From contig CAXXNF010000002.1 in NCBI GenBank assembly GCA_963666365.2, positions 1,952,001-2,016,000 of the forward strand: a stretch of 64,000 nt of DNA. Reading direction: 5' to 3'. This document shows positions 60,913 to 64,000 of this stretch, piece after piece; within the stretch, counting starts at the first letter, position 1; every line of letters starts with the position of its first letter. The position numbers and the translations under genes are program-made. Source of the stretch: Syntrophales bacterium. GTDB taxonomy: Bacteria; Desulfobacterota; Syntrophia; Syntrophales; UBA2210. A model generated the notes under the pieces. That model had not been told where the DNA came from and searched no databases. It saw nothing but the letters and a program-made list of their open reading frames with translations.

Positions 60913-61167
60913 AACGCCCTAACACATATCAAAAACCGCTGTACGGGTAAAGGTTTTTTTACTCACAGTTACTTGAAAAAGACAGACCTCCCAAATTTCG
61001 GCTTCCAATCCTGGAATCTAGTGCCTGCCCATCGAAGGTTCCTGCATGAAAGCAAGGCCTATGCATAACTCCTGTATTTTGTACCCGCTGTGATTTTACT
61101 TTTTTTAAAAAACATGTTATGGATTGCAGGTAGTGAAAGAAATCTTATTTTTGGAGGTAAAGCTATT

Positions 61168-61614
61168 ATGCGTAATCAGATGGTTTTTAGGAAAGGTCTT
61201 ATCATTTCCATTGCCGTGATTTTAGTGCTCTCATTGTCCGGATATTGTCTGGCGGACAAGACCAGCAAGGATTTTGTAAATGAAGCGAAAAAAACGGTGA
61301 AAGAAATCTCCGTCGCCGATGCAAAGGCAGAAATAGATTCGGGAAAAGTGGCAATAATTCTCGACTGCAGAACGGAGAAGGAGTTTAAAAAAGGACATAT
61401 TCCTAAAGCAATGAATATTCCTCGCGGTCTTCTGGAATTCAAAATTGAAAAGAAAATACCGAAGAAAGACGCCTACATAATTTGTTACTGCGTATCAGGC
61501 GGCCGTTCCTGTCTTGCCTGCAGCACCATGAAAGAGATGGGATATTCAAACTTGAAAAGCATGGCGGGCGGATGGAAGGCATGGGTCAAAGCCGGTTATC
61601 CGATAGAGGAATAA
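61168..61614 (+). CDS. Exported single-domain rhodanese (sulfurtransferase)
   Basis: GGAGG RBS, signal peptide ending GYCLA, LDCRT..EF..GHIP and active-site loop YCVSGGRS. Confidence 0.9.
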   Translation: MRNQMVFRKGLIISIAVILVLSLSGYCLADKTSKDFVNEAKKTVKEISVADAKAEIDSGKVAIILDCRTEKEFKKGHIPKAMNIPRGLLEFKIEKKIPKKDAYIICYCVSGGRSCLACSTMKEMGYSNLKSMAGGWKAWVKAGYPIEE

Positions 61615-61640
61615 CGCTAAAATCAAACGGATAAAACTGG

Positions 61641-61677
61641 AGGGGAACAATTCTGAAAGGGGTTGTTCCCTTTTTTT
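61641..61677 (+). terminator. Rho-independent terminator
   Basis: GGGAACAA...TTGTTCCC stem followed by T7. Confidence 0.7.
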
Positions 61678-61703
61678 ATAATCGCACAGTATGCACTGTT
61701 CCG

Positions 61704-62546
61704 TTACATGTAACTGTGCAAACCCGAAAGTATGTAATTTACCCCGAGATAAGTAAAAATCACGGCAAAAAAACCGAGAATGGCAATACAGGCCATGATG
61801 GTTCCCTTCCATCCCTTTACCAGGCGGGCGTGGAGATAGGCGCCGTAAATCATCCAGGTGATGAGCGACCAGGTCTCTTTCGGATCCCACCCCCAATACC
61901 TTCCCCAGGCAGTATCGGCCCAGGCTGCACCAGTAATTATTCCCAGACTCAGTAAAACAAAACCGATTGAGGTTATTCGATAGGCCAGATCGTCCCACAT
62001 CGCGGCATCCGCGAGAAGTGCCGTAATTCTCGGTCCTCCCTTCACTCTGATCAAATAGAGTATGCTGGTGATGAACGAAAGAGCAAAACAGGCATAGGCA
62101 AGAAAGGAACTCACCACGTGACTGATGAGCCAATTACTTCTTAATGCGGGTATAAGAGGCTGAATTTCCGTGCTCACACTGCCGGAAAGCGACGCATAGG
62201 CCGGCAGCAAAAAGGCCAGGAAGGATGCCAGTATTCCGATACTTTCATTACCGTAACGTCTCCACATTATCAGCAATACGAGCATTACTGACCAGGAAAA
62301 AAAGACGAGCGATTCGTAGAGATTGGAAAGAGGTGCATGCCCGATTTCCAGTTGATACGAAATTGCCCAGCGCAGAATAATCGCAAACGTTTCTATGGAA
62401 AATCCGCTTGCCACCAGGATCAGTGCCAATACACGGATGACCTTTTTTTTAAAAACAAAGGCAGTAAAGAAGAAAAGAGTTCCAAAAAAATAAAGAAATG
62501 TTGCAATACTTACAAAAAATGTATCGTTCATACCAGTATCAATCAT
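61704..62546 (-). CDS. resC: System II cytochrome c biogenesis protein (ResC/CcsA type, WWD domain)
   Basis: HAPLSNLYES, WADTAWGRYWGWDPKETW and SGLHSY. Confidence 0.93.
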   Translation of the reverse strand: MIDTGMNDTFFVSIATFLYFFGTLFFFTAFVFKKKVIRVLALILVASGFSIETFAIILRWAISYQLEIGHAPLSNLYESLVFFSWSVMLVLLIMWRRYGNESIGILASFLAFLLPAYASLSGSVSTEIQPLIPALRSNWLISHVVSSFLAYACFALSFITSILYLIRVKGGPRITALLADAAMWDDLAYRITSIGFVLLSLGIITGAAWADTAWGRYWGWDPKETWSLITWMIYGAYLHARLVKGWKGTIMACIAILGFFAVIFTYLGVNYILSGLHSYM

Positions 62547-63868
62547 TGTTGTAGTTTATTAAGATGCTTTGCAAGAATTTTCTCGAAGTTGCCGTCGCGT
62601 TTTCTGTCTGTTTTCGCTGCAACTTCAACATATGATCCTTCGCCGGACGGCGTAATCCGTATCGACAGACACCGGTGCGACCCAAAGAGCACAATTACAA
62701 AACCGATGAGAATCAGGGCAAACCCACTCCATACCACGGGCATTCCCGGATTTTTGCTTATCTGTATGCCCGTGTAGTAGCGAGCGGTAAAATCTTCCAG
62801 TGCAAAGATATACTCTCCCCGTTCTACTTCCTGAGACCGGTGCCTCTGAAATGGTATCCAGAAAATATCGTGACTCATCCCCGGCACAAGCATCACACCC
62901 AATACTGCCGCCCCCTGTCCTTGAAAATCCGGCACAAACCGTGCAACGGCAAAGGAAGAGTCGCTTCCCGGCAATGGCACTTTTCGCATCCGATGGAGTG
63001 TAAGCACCGATCTGGTGCCGCTTTTCTTTTCCGTAACGGCGACTTTGAAATCGGAAGCATCGGCCATTCCATATGAAGCCTGACATAGTTTGTATCCCCG
63101 AAAGACAATGGGATGATTTACTCGTATCGATTCCTCCGCCACAGACGCACCCTCATCAATGATCGTTACATCGGATCGGTATTCTTTCGGCATACCACTG
63201 TCGTAAAATTCAACGGAAAAACGATTGCATCGTACCGAAAAGGGCAGCGTCATTTCTTTGGTTCCCGGAGAAACAAGAACCTTGCTCGAGGTTTCTCCCT
63301 CGACAATCGTCATTTGGCCTTCAAAACCGCCGACTGCACCTATGAGACCGCCGGCCAGAATTATCAGAATGCTCACATGAACGAACAGGATACCAAGCCG
63401 CGCATAGGCACCTTTTTCCGCATAAAGGTATCGCACGTCACGCTCACCTTTCACATTCGGCTTCCCGACAAGCGCTTTTACCAACATTCGCAGATTGCCT
63501 TCTATGCGTTCCCCTCTATCGTGCATTTCGAACTTATGTTGTATCGGCCACCCGCAAAAGGCCGCATCGCTCTTATCACCCCGCTTCCGAAACAGCGGGG
63601 CGCAAATTCCCGGAAGCGTTTTCGCCGTACAGGCAATGAGGTTAACTGCCAAAAGCGCCAGGAGAACGGTGAACCACCAGGAATGGTACATGTCTGAAAT
63701 ATCGAAAAACTCAATAAGAGAAACCGTACCCGGTCCATAGACATTCTCATAGTGGTCCTTTGGGAGCCCCTGTGCTACCAAAGTGCCGAACACGGAGGTT
63801 GCGGCCAGCGCAAAAAAAAGGAATATGGTAAGTTTTGCCGAAGCAAGTCCCTTGATAACTTTTTTCAT
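62543..63868 (-). CDS. resB: System II cytochrome c biogenesis protein (ResB type)
   Basis: SVFGTLVAQ, MYHSWWF, VHVSIL, IRVNHP and YTGIQISKNPG. Confidence 0.92.
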   Translation of the reverse strand: MKKVIKGLASAKLTIFLFFALAATSVFGTLVAQGLPKDHYENVYGPGTVSLIEFFDISDMYHSWWFTVLLALLAVNLIACTAKTLPGICAPLFRKRGDKSDAAFCGWPIQHKFEMHDRGERIEGNLRMLVKALVGKPNVKGERDVRYLYAEKGAYARLGILFVHVSILIILAGGLIGAVGGFEGQMTIVEGETSSKVLVSPGTKEMTLPFSVRCNRFSVEFYDSGMPKEYRSDVTIIDEGASVAEESIRVNHPIVFRGYKLCQASYGMADASDFKVAVTEKKSGTRSVLTLHRMRKVPLPGSDSSFAVARFVPDFQGQGAAVLGVMLVPGMSHDIFWIPFQRHRSQEVERGEYIFALEDFTARYYTGIQISKNPGMPVVWSGFALILIGFVIVLFGSHRCLSIRITPSGEGSYVEVAAKTDRKRDGNFEKILAKHLNKLQQ

Positions 63869-63907
63869 TATACACCGTTGTTGATCATAATCGGACAGGT
63901 GGATTCT

Positions 63908-64000
63908 TTACCCCTCCCAGAGCGTCCGGCTTCGAGGGATTTCAGATTCCCTGGTACTTGCAGAATCCTTATAGGCCCGGAATAGCAAATAGCTGCCGAG
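63908..64000 (-). CDS. Possible 3' end of an upstream gene entering from the window edge
   Basis: Open frame LGSYLLFRAYKDSASTRESEIPRSRTLWEG* ends 39 nt before resB; too short to assign. Confidence 0.3.
   Translation of the reverse strand, partial: LGSYLLFRAYKDSASTRESEIPRSRTLWEG

Overview
Chromosomal window from an anaerobic Gram-negative bacterium. Gene content and protein style suggest Desulfobacterota, possibly Syntrophales-like (inference). 1-21 kb is housekeeping: a minus-strand lysS-lolE-lolD-bamA-skp-lpxD-lpxA-gnnA-like-lpxB-msbA-lpxK-lpxL-like envelope cluster, a plus-strand rfaE-yicC-gmk-rpoZ-pyrF-rlmB-pilC run, and tRNA-Pro(CGG). 21-32 kb holds a frameshifted cysteine synthase/CysRS fusion and a cluster of class II photolyase, TudS-like protein and Fe-S-free MutY-like glycosylase. 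32-64 kb is a large periplasmic respiratory region. It contains (i) a selenocysteine formate dehydrogenase FdnGHI with FdhE and a ModE-like regulator; (ii) a group 1 [NiFe]-hydrogenase and hyp operon carrying several inactivating lesions; (iii) two heme-less Tat flavocytochrome-c flavoproteins with non-fumarate active sites, upstream of a 21-heme protein made of two duplicated flavocytochrome-type heme modules fused to a CbcL-like 9-heme/cytochrome b unit; (iv) a 13-heme cytochrome c split by an in-frame UGA that is followed by a SECIS-like hairpin (likely selenoprotein), with a cytochrome b partner, a divergent exported rhodanese and system II heme-attachment genes. Items (iii) and (iv) are the best candidates for undescribed systems. 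No database searches were run; family calls rest on recognised motifs.
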